The notes under the pieces: model-generated
Database searches by the model: none
What the model was told of the DNA's origin: nothing
Seen by the model: only the letters and a program-made list of their open reading frames with translations
Made by a program: the position numbers and the translations under genes
NCBI GenBank assembly: GCA_031276135.1
Contig: JAISNR010000087.1
Coordinates: forward strand, 1-60,369
DNA: 60,369 nt
Direction: 5' to 3'
Source: Eubacteriales Family XIII. Incertae Sedis bacterium
GTDB lineage: Bacteria; Bacillota; Clostridia; Peptostreptococcales; Anaerovoracaceae
In this document: in pieces, positions 33,038-43,314 of the stretch
Layout of the letters: every line of letters begins with the position of its first letter
Numbering within the stretch: position 1 is the first letter of the stretch

Positions 33038-33834
33038 TTAATATTTGAAATCCACATCTGTGATATTTAAACCAAGTTTCCATTGGCCTATACTGTTGGA
33101 TTCGGGAATGCAAATTATCCGCGACAATGTTTTTTCCAAAAATTGGACGTGTGCACTGACAACTTCGTTGTTTTGCGGAGTCACAGTGCCAACCTCTTGC
33201 CAATTGCCGTCCTCAGACGAAACATATACGGTAAATTTCCTTCCCGACAACATTGCGGAAATATCATTTTCATCAGCAGGAGATAATTTTATTTCAAAAG
33301 TAAACCCCGTGCAATAAGGGATTGCATATGAAAAGACTGTAGGTCGAGTTGTCGTGTTTTCGTATGTAATAAGGTCGGAACGATATTGGGTTCCAAACAA
33401 TTTTTGTTTAAGATTTGAAGCAGGCTCTTCAATGGAAACTCTTAGAGTTGTGTCGGTGATTACGCCATGTGTTTTATAGAACATACTGGCCGCTTCCGCT
33501 CTGGAAATATGTTTTTTTGGCTCGATAACAGTTATAATTTGATAAGCAAACGCCCAATCCAAACCTTCTTCGGCTGATACGCCTATCAAATTCGACGAAT
33601 TGTTCTTTGCGTCGCTTCCCAACGTGCATCTGCGCAAAATCAGACAAAATTCTTCCTGCGTAATAGGGTGTTCAGGTCGAAATTTGATTGCAGTATTGTC
33701 GACAAGGGAGTGGTTTACCGCCCAAGCAACGTAATTGAAAGCGCGGTTTGTAAATGGCACATCCAAAAAATAAGTGTGGTTGTATTCTCCTGCATCGAAT
33801 TTCCCCCAACGTGCCAACATGATAAGAAGTTCGT
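33038..33834 (-). pseudogene. Distal (C-terminal) part of an SLH-domain membrane protein gene cut by the IS21-family insertion
   Basis: The listed ORF 33038..33820 reads ...FLDVPFTNRAFNYVAWAVNHSLVDNTAIKFRPEHPITQEEFCLILRR..., which is SLH-like. The frame stays open upstream to the IS junction (..NELLIMLARWGKF). Confidence 0.65.
33829..33834. repeat. Target-site duplication (left copy), GTTCGT
   Basis: It directly abuts the IS left end TGATTATT..., and an identical hexamer abuts the right end. Confidence 0.7.
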
Positions 33835-34157
33835 TGATTATTCCGTGCCATCAGACCCACCGATTCGCAATTTGGGATCCACCGATCCGCACACTTGATC
33901 CGCTTGTATAAAACGGCCAATCCACGTCAAAAGATCCGCCATTACGCACACAGGATCCGGTACATGCCAAACACGGTACGCCGTTAAGACTCACGTTCAC
34001 GGGTGGCGTCCTTGCCTTGTAACGCATCGAACATCTCGGCAGCGTCTGCCGACAAACGCCAAGGTTAACCCATTACCACACAATTGCATCCTTCCATATA
34101 TAATATGTTGGGGGCGGCTCATGCCGCCTACTAATATTATGGAAGGAGGCCACTAAT

Positions 34158-35732
34158 ATGGCCCCAAAAAACAAATTGAAGCTCATACTCGAGCTTCGCG
34201 CATCAGGTCTGTCCCGCAATGCGATCGCGAAGACACGTCACATCTCGAAACTGTCCGTGAGCGACGTGATGCACCGCGCGGACGAACTCGCCGTCACCCA
34301 TGAGGATGTTAAAAACAAGAGCGACGACGAGATTTACAGGCTTCTCTACCCGGAGAAGTCTGCAATCGCATCGATCTACAAAAATCCCGATTATGCTTAC
34401 ATTCATTCCGAACTAAAAAAGGTAGGCGTGACGCTCAAGTTGCTTTGGCAGGAATATGTCGCCGAATGCAAACGTGAGCGCGAATTGCCAATGGGCTACA
34501 CCAAGTACTGCGACGGATATGCGAAGCATACGCTTTCCAACAGCTTGACCAATCACCTCCGGCACAAACCGGGAATCTCCGTCGAAGTCGATTGGTCCGG
34601 TCCCACCATGGAGATCGTGAATCCGACCACGGGAGAAACCGCAAAAGTATTCCTGTTCGTTGCGACGCTTCCGTTCAGCCAGTATTCGTATGTCGAACCC
34701 TGTCTCGACATGAAAGAGGAAACATGGTTGCGATGTCATGTCAGAATGTTCACGTTCTTTGGAGGTTCGACTGTGCGGATAGTCTGCGACAACCTGAAAA
34801 CCGGCGTCATCAGGCATCCGAAGGATGGTGACATCGTCCTGAATGATCGCTATGAGGCATTGGGCAGTCATTATGTCGCCGCCGTCATGCCCACAGACGT
34901 TCGCAAACCCAAACAGAAAGCCTCTGTCGAAGGAACCGTTGGCAAAGTGGCCACCGCGATCATAGCCAAGCTGCGCAACGTGCGCTTCTTCTCCCTCAAC
35001 GATTTGGAGTCTGCGGTGTCCAAGGCTCTTGGGGAATTCAATGGCGCACCATTCCAAAAAAGGCAAGGCAGCCGCTTGGAGGTGTTCTCCTCCGAGGAAA
35101 AGCCTTGCCTTCGGGTGCTTCCTCCGACGCCTTACGAAATTGCCGAATGGCATTACGGACGCGCGGTTGCGTTGGATTGTCATGTTGTACACGCCAAAAA
35201 TCGTTACTCATGCCCTTACCAATATGTCGGAAAGAAAGCGGACGTCAAAGTGTCGGGCAACATGTTGGAGATATACTGCGGAGGCGAACGCATCGCCACG
35301 CACCGCAAGCTTCCAAGCTATGTGTCGGGCGGTTGGTCCACCCATGAGGAGGACATGCCCGACAGATTCCAAAGACCCGAATGGGACGACGGGCGCATAA
35401 AGCGGTGGGCGCATTCGATCGGCCCATGCACAGGTGAAACGATTGAGCGAATATTCGCGGGAGTGAAGATAAGGGAACAGGGATACAACTCATCTCTGTC
35501 CGTTTTGCGACTAAGCAAAACCTATTCCGAAACACGTCTCGAAGCCGCTTGCGAATTCGCTCTGACAAAAATCAAGTCGCCCCGCTACAACCATCTTAAA
35601 TCGATTCTTGCGCCGGAGCAAGACAAGGTTTTTGCACAACGGGAAGAAGCGCGGGAAGACCGTGCCGATGAATACGCGCCGGGCTATGTCCGCGGCGCGG
35701 CATATTATGGAGGATCCGGTGATGATGAATGA
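34158..35732 (+). CDS. istA: IS21-family transposase IstA
   Basis: N-terminal HTH (LRASGLSRNAIAKTRHISKLSVSDVM). Integrase-core/DDE region (...ISVEVDWSGPTMEIVNP...VFLFVATLPFSQYSYVE...RIVCDNLKTGV...). 524 aa, followed by an overlapping istB. Confidence 0.9.
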   Translation: MAPKNKLKLILELRASGLSRNAIAKTRHISKLSVSDVMHRADELAVTHEDVKNKSDDEIYRLLYPEKSAIASIYKNPDYAYIHSELKKVGVTLKLLWQEYVAECKRERELPMGYTKYCDGYAKHTLSNSLTNHLRHKPGISVEVDWSGPTMEIVNPTTGETAKVFLFVATLPFSQYSYVEPCLDMKEETWLRCHVRMFTFFGGSTVRIVCDNLKTGVIRHPKDGDIVLNDRYEALGSHYVAAVMPTDVRKPKQKASVEGTVGKVATAIIAKLRNVRFFSLNDLESAVSKALGEFNGAPFQKRQGSRLEVFSSEEKPCLRVLPPTPYEIAEWHYGRAVALDCHVVHAKNRYSCPYQYVGKKADVKVSGNMLEIYCGGERIATHRKLPSYVSGGWSTHEEDMPDRFQRPEWDDGRIKRWAHSIGPCTGETIERIFAGVKIREQGYNSSLSVLRLSKTYSETRLEAACEFALTKIKSPRYNHLKSILAPEQDKVFAQREEAREDRADEYAPGYVRGAAYYGGSGDDE

Positions 35733-36468
35733 AGAAACCAAGCGGAAACTGAAGGAAATGGGCTTTGCGGAGGCAATCTCCGCCGCAGAATCTCAGGACA
35801 GGGACGCCGCCAGCGCAGGGCTTACGTTCAACGAACGATTCCAACGCGTCGTGGATTTCGTTTACCGGGAAAAGCACAATGCCAAAGTGCAACGTCTGAT
35901 CAAGGCGGCCGGATTCCGCTATCGCGACGCCGACATGAGCGCCGTCCATTATGGAGGCAGAGGACTTGACAGAGGGCTGATTCAGGAACTCGCCACATGT
36001 CAATACATGGAAACGCACGCAAATGTCATTTTTCAAGGGTTTACAGGTTCCGGAAAAACCTTCCTCGCCTGCGCACTTGGCAAACAAACATGCAAGCTCG
36101 GCGCGAGCGCCCGCTATATCCGTATTCCGGATCTGTTCATGCTGAGGGACGAGGCCTCGCTGAGAAACCAAGGCATACACAGGCTTCTCAGGAAACTCAG
36201 CGGTTACAGACTGCTGATCCTCGATGAATGGTTGCTTGATCCAATGTCAAAGGATGACAGAAACTTTGTCTTCGAAATGATCGAACGAAGGCATGATGAC
36301 GCGTCAACGCTCTACTGCACTCAATACAGAAAGGATGAATGGCATAAACGTCTTGGGGGCGGTGTCCATGCGGACGCGATCATGGATCGCATTGTTCACA
36401 ATGCCATATGGGTCGATGCCGGAGGCATGAACATGCGGGAGTACGCCGCAAAACAAGGTCAAGCGTAA
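35722..36468 (+). CDS. istB: IS21-family helper ATPase IstB
   Basis: ATG at 35722 overlaps the istA stop (ATGATGAATGA). Walker A GFTGSGKTFLACALG. Walker B LLILDEW. The C-terminus ...DRIVHNAIWV is typical of IstB. ATGs at 35707 or 35725 are possible alternatives. Confidence 0.9.
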   Translation: MMNEETKRKLKEMGFAEAISAAESQDRDAASAGLTFNERFQRVVDFVYREKHNAKVQRLIKAAGFRYRDADMSAVHYGGRGLDRGLIQELATCQYMETHANVIFQGFTGSGKTFLACALGKQTCKLGASARYIRIPDLFMLRDEASLRNQGIHRLLRKLSGYRLLILDEWLLDPMSKDDRNFVFEMIERRHDDASTLYCTQYRKDEWHKRLGGGVHADAIMDRIVHNAIWVDAGGMNMREYAAKQGQA

Positions 36469-36583
36469 GTCCGTCGCAACCACAATGCAAATCGGATCTG
36501 AAAAAGCGTATCGGTGGATCTCTGACTGCGTATTGCCGGTACGCTTTTTTTATATTGGCAGATCTGTGGCGGTGAAATAATCA

Positions 36584-36589
36584 GTTCGT
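36584..36589. repeat. Target-site duplication (right copy), GTTCGT
   Basis: It directly follows the IS right end ...AATAATCA. Confidence 0.7.
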
Positions 36590-36595
36590 ATCTCT

Positions 36596-36976
36596 TCAAA
36601 GGCGTATATCGGGTGAAAATGCAGTGTCGGTCGTTCCTTTCATAATTCCATTTTCATGCACATATGCTACAGAATCATAGTACCACGCATTTGTTGGAAC
36701 ATCTGAAAAAGGGAGTGCGTTGGCATTGTTAAGAACAAGACTTTTATTGTCTTCGGTATTTGTTTGATAGTTAACGAAAATAAGAAGAATTAAAATTGCT
36801 GTTAGCAAAATATTTAGACCCACAGTCACCTTGCTAAGCACAATTCTGGTTTCCGAGTTTCTGAATGCATTTATGGCATACATAATGGTGTTCGAAATCA
36901 AAGCCACAAATATCCCGCCAAACATCAGATTTACTATAGGACTTCCAATAAACGATTTAATAGTGCCCATATTCAT
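36596..36976 (-). pseudogene. Proximal (N-terminal) part of the IS-disrupted SLH-domain membrane protein gene
   Basis: MNMGTIKSFIGSPIVNLMFGGIFVALISNTIMYAINAF...VTVGLNILLTAILILLIFVNY (two TM helices), then the start of an SLH domain LPFSDVPTNAWYYDSVAYVHENGIMKGTTDTAFSPD. It stops 7 nt before the IS target duplication. AT-rich like the distal part. Confidence 0.6.
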
Positions 36977-37017
36977 CACCCATCTCAAATACAATCAAAC
37001 ATAATGATCGAATTTGA

Positions 37018-40000
37018 TTATATTGTTTGTTGAAACATTGCTCCTATTTGTTCGCTCACCGAGAACATCGCAATCTTCCCGCGATGATACCGATAAACGA
37101 GGGTGGCATCGGCCATGTTGACCGCATTGTCCCCGTTCACGTCCGCCGCGAGCAGGAGGTTCCCAACCAACTGCATCTTGCCTCTGTGATGCCGGTAGAC
37201 GAGCGTGGCGTCGGCCATGTCGATCCTGTTGTCTCCGTTCACGTCGCCCAAGGTGTAAGGCAGGGCGGCGAAGTTCGCGGTAACCGTCGCATCGCCGCCC
37301 GGCATCGAGAACAGCGTGTTCGGAGAGGACGCATCCTCAAAGTCGCCGCCGTTCGAAGAGCTCCAGCCGTCGAACGCATATCCGGGATTTGCCTTCGCGG
37401 AGATCTCGATCGCATCGCCCTCAAAGTACTTCCCGCCCGCCGTTCCGACCGCGGCGCCGCCCGGACCGGCCTCGACCGTCAGCGTGTAATCGTCCTCCGC
37501 GCCCATGCCGATGTAGACAAGCGCCGTGTTGTCGCCCGTGAAAAGCTCTTCTTTATCGGCTTCCACAGTGAAGTAAAAGGCTTCCGTTTCCGCCGCGAGT
37601 TCCGTCAGATTGATCAACAGAGATTGATGCCGGGCTTCGCTTACGGCGTCGAGCGCTTCCTCGTAAAGCAATGTTCCGTCCAGGCTGTCCGCCGTAATCT
37701 TGAGTGTGGCGTCCGTTGCAATGCCGCCGAGGTTTTGTACGATCACGTTCGCATAATCGTCGCCGTCGGACAGCAGTCTTGTAGCGCCCACCGAGAGATC
37801 CGCGTAGCCGATTCGGGCGCTCCGCGCGTTGTCCGACAACTCCGTTTCCGAATCCGCCAGGACGGATATCTCAAAGTCCCGAAGCTCCGCGAGATCGGCG
37901 GGGACGGCGAACCCGTCCACGACATATTCCTTCGTTTCGCCGGGGCCGAGTCCCGCGCCGTTTATCGTCGCGACGGCATTGCCGCCCGTGTACACGTTGA
38001 TCGTATCCGCGTCCGCGCTGCCCTTGTTCTCGATTGTGAGCGTCAGCGGCAGGGGGCTTCTGGGCCGAACGGCCCCGAAGTCGTAAGATACATTCGTGAG
38101 CGCGATGTCGGTCTCGGGTTCAATCACCGCGACCTTTACGGCGGAGAGCGGCGCGTCCTCTGCGACGCCCTTCGTTTCGAGGAAGGTCAGGATCGCCGTA
38201 TCCCCGGACACAAAACCGTTCGGCGCCGATGTCAGTTCGCTCTCCGTGTCGTATATCCTGTAGGGCGGCGACCAAACCGATCCGTCGAAGGAGGACGCGT
38301 AAAAGGACGTATGCGGATCCGTCCCTTCTTCTCCCTCCGCCGTGCTTTCCCATACGATAAGGGAATTCCCTGCTTCGTCGGGAACGAGCGCAAAGCCCGC
38401 GCCGAATGCCTTCGGTCCGTTCCGGCCCGCAACGCTTTCGATGTTCGTCAGGTTGCTCGTGTACCTGATGTCGCCATCCGCATACCAAAACAGCGCGGGT
38501 ACGCCGTTCACCCTGCCGAACCGCAGACCCGTGTCCGCCGTTTCGTCTTCGGTCAGGCGCGTGATCTCACCGCTCGACGCGTTCACAACCCGTATCTCGC
38601 TGTCTTCGCCCGTGCTGCGGTTTCCGTCCCCGTCTTCGACATAGGCGATGTAAGGCGTTCCGTTCAATGTGCCCGCGTCGAGAGAGGAGATGCTTGCGCC
38701 GGGGCTCGCCGATATCCGCAAAACCGCATCGGGATTCGATGTGTACGCGTAGGCGACGGAATGCGTGTTGCCCATGCCGAACAGACCCTCCGCGCCGTCG
38801 AGTTCGTTCGTAATCCACGCGAGGAACAAGTCGTCGTCCGATACGACCGGCGTCATATCGGCATGGGCGTCATTCGTGAGGGCCGTAACGCCGGATACAA
38901 CTCCCGTGTCCGTATCGAGCTTCGCGCGGTATATCTCTGCGGCGGCGGCCGTTTCGTTCAAGCCAGTGCCTTGTCCGAGCGGTTCCTTCGCCTTCGTCCA
39001 TACGATATGAATGTCGTTTCCGACAACGGCAAGGTCGAAGTTGAAGTCGGCCGTCGAAGCTTCGCTCTCCGGAAATACCTGCACGGGCGCGCTCCAATCT
39101 TCGTTGTCGGAGGAAACGAAATACACGAGGGCCGTCCTGTTCTCCGCCGTTCTCTCTCCGTTGTCGTGCAACCAGAACACATAACTCCTGCCGTTCGCGT
39201 ACACGAGCCTCGGCATGGCGTTCGGGAATACGTAATCGAAAACCGTAAACGCGCTTCCCGGAGCGGAGGCGAGGAGCATGCTTTCGACGGCGCCGGGGCT
39301 CGTGCTCAAATCCAAGGCGCTGAGGCTTGTGCGGCGCAGGTAGTCGCGCTCTATGGGCCTGTAGGCGCCGCTGTCATAGGGGTTGAAGCCCTCGGCGGAC
39401 AACATCCGCATTGTCCGGCCGTGGCTGTCGTAGATCGTCCATGTGCCGCTCGCTATCCTCTTTTCGGCTTTGGCCATAAACGCCTGCACGTAAAGATACA
39501 TTTCCCCCGTCAGGGACACATTGTCATAGTTGTCGGAGAAGCGATGCAGCCAATCTATCGTTACCCTGCCGAATCCGCCCGCGCACAGAACGTCGCCCAC
39601 TCCAAGACCGCCGTTGATGTTGAACACAATAACAGGCTCGATTTCCCCGAGGCCGCCCGAAACACCGGTATTTTGGGCCGTAATCAGTACGCTGATTTCG
39701 ACTTTGCCGGACAAGGAAGCCTTCACTCCGATACCGACGTACACAGGCATCCATCCCAAGAAAAATTGTTGGGTATACGATGCGCCCGCCGATACGCTCA
39801 TGATCACGCCCACGTTGACAACCGTGCTTCCGTCTTCGCTGACATAACCTTCTCCGTAGCCCATGGCACTCGCTTCTATCTTTACCTTCCCCGCGCCGAA
39901 TGACTGCGGAATGCCGCCGAACGCTTTCCCCGCATAGGATTGCGCCATTGTTTTGTTGTATGTTTCGACCATTTTATCCCAATCGACATTCTTGGGTTTG

Positions 40001-43000
40001 TTGATCCCTATTTTGATCTTCCCGTCTTCCGAAACTTCGATTTCAAAAGGAACGGGGTTAAGGCCGAACTCGATTTCGGTGTCCCCTATGATCGGAATAT
40101 CCGACGAAACACCGATCTTCAATTCGCTCCCGACAGACAGCTTCCCTTCCTGTTCCTTCACGTATGCGTCCGGGTCGCTTATCCGCAGCCCCAATTTCCG
40201 AGAAACGGCGTTTCCCGAGGCGTCGATGATCCGCAGCGTTACGTTCTTGCCGGCCTCGAGTTTTTCGATGCGCAGGCCCTGCCCGAAATCCATGTCCGTC
40301 TTGCCCGTGATGATCGTAAGGTCGAAGTCGGGAGCGCCGCTTTCATATACGACCTTGCCGGACTGGATAAGCTGATAGGTTCTTACACCCTCCGGAGCCG
40401 ATGCGTTCACCGAGAAACGCAGCTTCTTCGTGTTGGTTGGTGTCTGCGGCGTCTTTTCCTTGTCGGATTTGAAGTACATGAAGCCGGAAAGCAGATCGAC
40501 CGCCCTGCCGTCGTCCGACGCGGCGTTCACGCCGAAGATGTGCGGCTTTCCGTCGTCGGGGCACAGCACGACCGTCGTCGTCGAGCCTCTCGACACCGTG
40601 CGCGCGTATTCCGCGCTCAGGTAGCCCTCCTTGGAAACCGAGAGACGCACGCTGCCCGTCAGATTCTCGAAGGACGCCAAACCGTTCTTGTCCGTCGTCG
40701 CGGTCGTCGTATTGTTCAAGACGGTGACCGAGGCACCAGCTACGGCTCGATCCTCTTCGTCCGTCACGGATACGGCAAAGCCGTTTGTGGGCGCGGGCGT
40801 GAGGATATCGCCGCCGATCGTGTAGTCCGCGTCGTTTACGGGGTTGCCCTTGATGCCTCGTTTTGCTGCGTTGTTGATCTTTTTCGCGTTGCCGTAGCCG
40901 ATCAGATAGCTGTAAGCTTTGCCGGTGCCGGTGCTTGTCGCCGTGATTCCGGATGACAGAACAAGACAGTCGTTTATGAAAACGCTTCCATGGGAATTTT
41001 CAGCATGTCCACAGATTCCTCCTGAATAAACAGTGCTATCGGATCTGTAAGAAAATATCTCTCCCGAGCTGTGGCAATCTGTTACGGCAACATCGCCGTA
41101 GCTGCTGGAAACGGCTTCACCACAAATTCCTCCTGCATAGATGGGATCCAGAGAGTTGAGGAGAGAAGAAATTTTTCCTGCATTGTTGCAATTGTTTACA
41201 ATGACTTTGCCGGAAATTCGACCGCATATTCCTCCCAGTACTACAAGTGAAGAAACATTACTTGTATTATAACAAGTATCTATGGTAATTGACCCGTACT
41301 GGTGAGCATAGGCCCAAGCGGTTATTCCACCTACATAACGATCGGAAGACGAAACATCTCCCGTATTATAACAATTGCTTATGGAAACCAAACCATAAAC
41401 AGAATCGATAATTCCGCCCGCCGTATGTGAAGAGATGTTTCCTGCATTGTAACAGTCGCTTATTGCCATTGCACCAAAATTCGACACGTATGCATAAACA
41501 TATCCGCAAATTCCTCCGGCACGGTGTGAAGAAGAAATATATCCTACATTGAAGCAATCGATTAACGAAGTTGAGCCGGAAGGCCAAACATAGCCCAATA
41601 TTCCACCCGCGCTGGGATCATTGTTAGAAACAACAGCAGCGACGGAAATGTTTCCTGCATTGTAACAGTCGCTTATTGCAACCGAGTTCGAAGAATGGAA
41701 GTAACCGCAGATCCCGCCCGCATAGGAACGGGATGATGTGGAAGTTGAAGTCGATACAGAAAAAATATTTCCCGTATTGCGACAATCGTTTATTGAAATG
41801 AAACCATCAATATCTCCGCAAATTCCTCCGACATAAACGGGAGCCAGAATTTTCCCTGCATTGTAGCAACGATTTACGGCGCAGACACTATTGGAACCTC
41901 CGCTGCCGATAATTCCACCAGAATTGGTGGAAGAAGAAATTTCTCCTGTATTATAACAATTGCCCAAAGTGAAAGAACCGCTAAGGACGCCGCATATACC
42001 GCCTGTATCATAAATGGCGGAAACTGTCCCTGTATTGTAGCAATTGTTTACACTGAAGGAGCCGGTGGCAGGAACGCGACTGCAGATTCCGCCCGCATAG
42101 GAAGAAGAAATTTCTCCCGTATTGCGGCATCCGATTATCTCGAAAGTTCCTGAAGCATCAACGTAGCCGCAGATTCCGCCCGCATAGGAAGAAGAACCCA
42201 AGCCGGAATCGGAAGCTGAAATTTCGCCTACATTGTTGCAATTACTTATGACAACGGAATCGGAAGCACTACCGTTAATCCCTCCAGCATAAGACTTGGA
42301 ACCGGTTAATGCAGCGATATTGCTTATGTTGCTGCAATGGTCTATAATGCCCGAAGAAGTGTAACCGATGATTCCTCCTGCATAAGATGCATCTGCAGCA
42401 GATGAAGATGCAGAAATATCGCCAATGTTATGGCAATCGCTTATGGCCTTTAAAGAATACGCATAGCCGCAAATTCCTCCCACATAAGAAGAACGGGAGG
42501 ACGGAGCCGAAACAAAACCCATATTATAGCAACTGTTTATGACAACAGAACCGGAAATATAACCACAGACCCCTCCGGCATAGGAATGCCTGGCAGACGA
42601 TGACGATGCAGAGGAAATATATCCTGAGTTATAACAATTGTTTATAGTAACAGAATCTGATGCGTAAGCGCATATTCCCCCGACATAGGGCGTGCCTGTA
42701 GTCGAAATGTCAATATACACGTCTTGCAAGCCTAAATTGCTGATTGTCGCACTTTTAGCATAACCAAACAAACCGTTGTAACTATATTGGGAACCCGTTC
42801 CGATAATCTTCAAATTCAGAATGCCATGTCCGCGCCCGTCGAATATCCCGGTAAAAGGTGTACTCGCATTCCCAATCGGAATCCATTACCCATCGTTAAA
42901 GCCGGACAGGTCTATATCGTTCATCAACACATAGAACCCGGACAAATTGTTCCTGATATCGGAAAGTTGCTGTGCGGTGGAGATTTGAATCGCGTTCGAA

Positions 43001-43299
43001 TCGGACGCGCCTATAGGTGCGAGGAAACCACCGTTGGAAACAATCGCTTGGAGTTCCGTCCGCCGCTGCTCGAACTCCGTCGCCATGGTTTCCAAGCCGC
43101 CTATGACGACGCGGGCCTGCGCATCCACCGAGGACTTGATGTCGGCGATGCCGTTTGCCGCCATCGCTTCGATCTCCACGCTTCCGAGCATCTGCATCCC
43201 GTCCGCACCGGCGGCGAAAACGAAACCGCTTCCGAACGGCAATAGGGCCGTGACGAGCAGTGCCGTCAGCAAAACGCATACGATCTTCCTCTTGAACAT
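37018..43299 (-). pseudogene. Giant dockerin-tailed surface protein, copy A (~2093 codons), interrupted by one in-frame TAA at 42886..42888
   Basis: ORFs 42886..43299 (signal peptide MFKRKIVCVLLTALLVTALL... to ...LSGFNDG-stop) and 37018..42813 are in the same frame and together are colinear with the intact paralogue at 50403..56366. Modules read from N to C:
- GLUG-like repeats (NCYNTGxISS...YAGGICGY)
- carboxypeptidase-regulatory-like fold
- Asp-box-like motifs (SSDNEDWS, SFDGSVWS)
- CARDB-like domain
- InlB-B/Listeria-Bacteroides repeat (NPGYAFDGWSS)
- dockerin (DVNGDNRIDMADATLVYRHHRGK...DVNGDNAVNMADATLVYRYHRGK). Confidence 0.8.
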
Positions 43300-43314
43300 A
43301 GCTTGTAATCTCCC

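Larger units (their letters stand above)
33835..36583 (+). mobile_element. Complete IS21-family insertion sequence (2749 bp)
   Basis: The ends are 5'-TGATTATTCCGTGCCATCAGA... and ...TCTGTGGCGGTGAAATAATCA-3', which are imperfect terminal inverted repeats (the first 8 nt are identical, with TG...CA termini). Subterminal inverted copies of GATCCACCGAT lie at 33876..33886 and 36510..36520 (rc). It carries istA + istB and is flanked by GTTCGT direct repeats. Confidence 0.8.
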
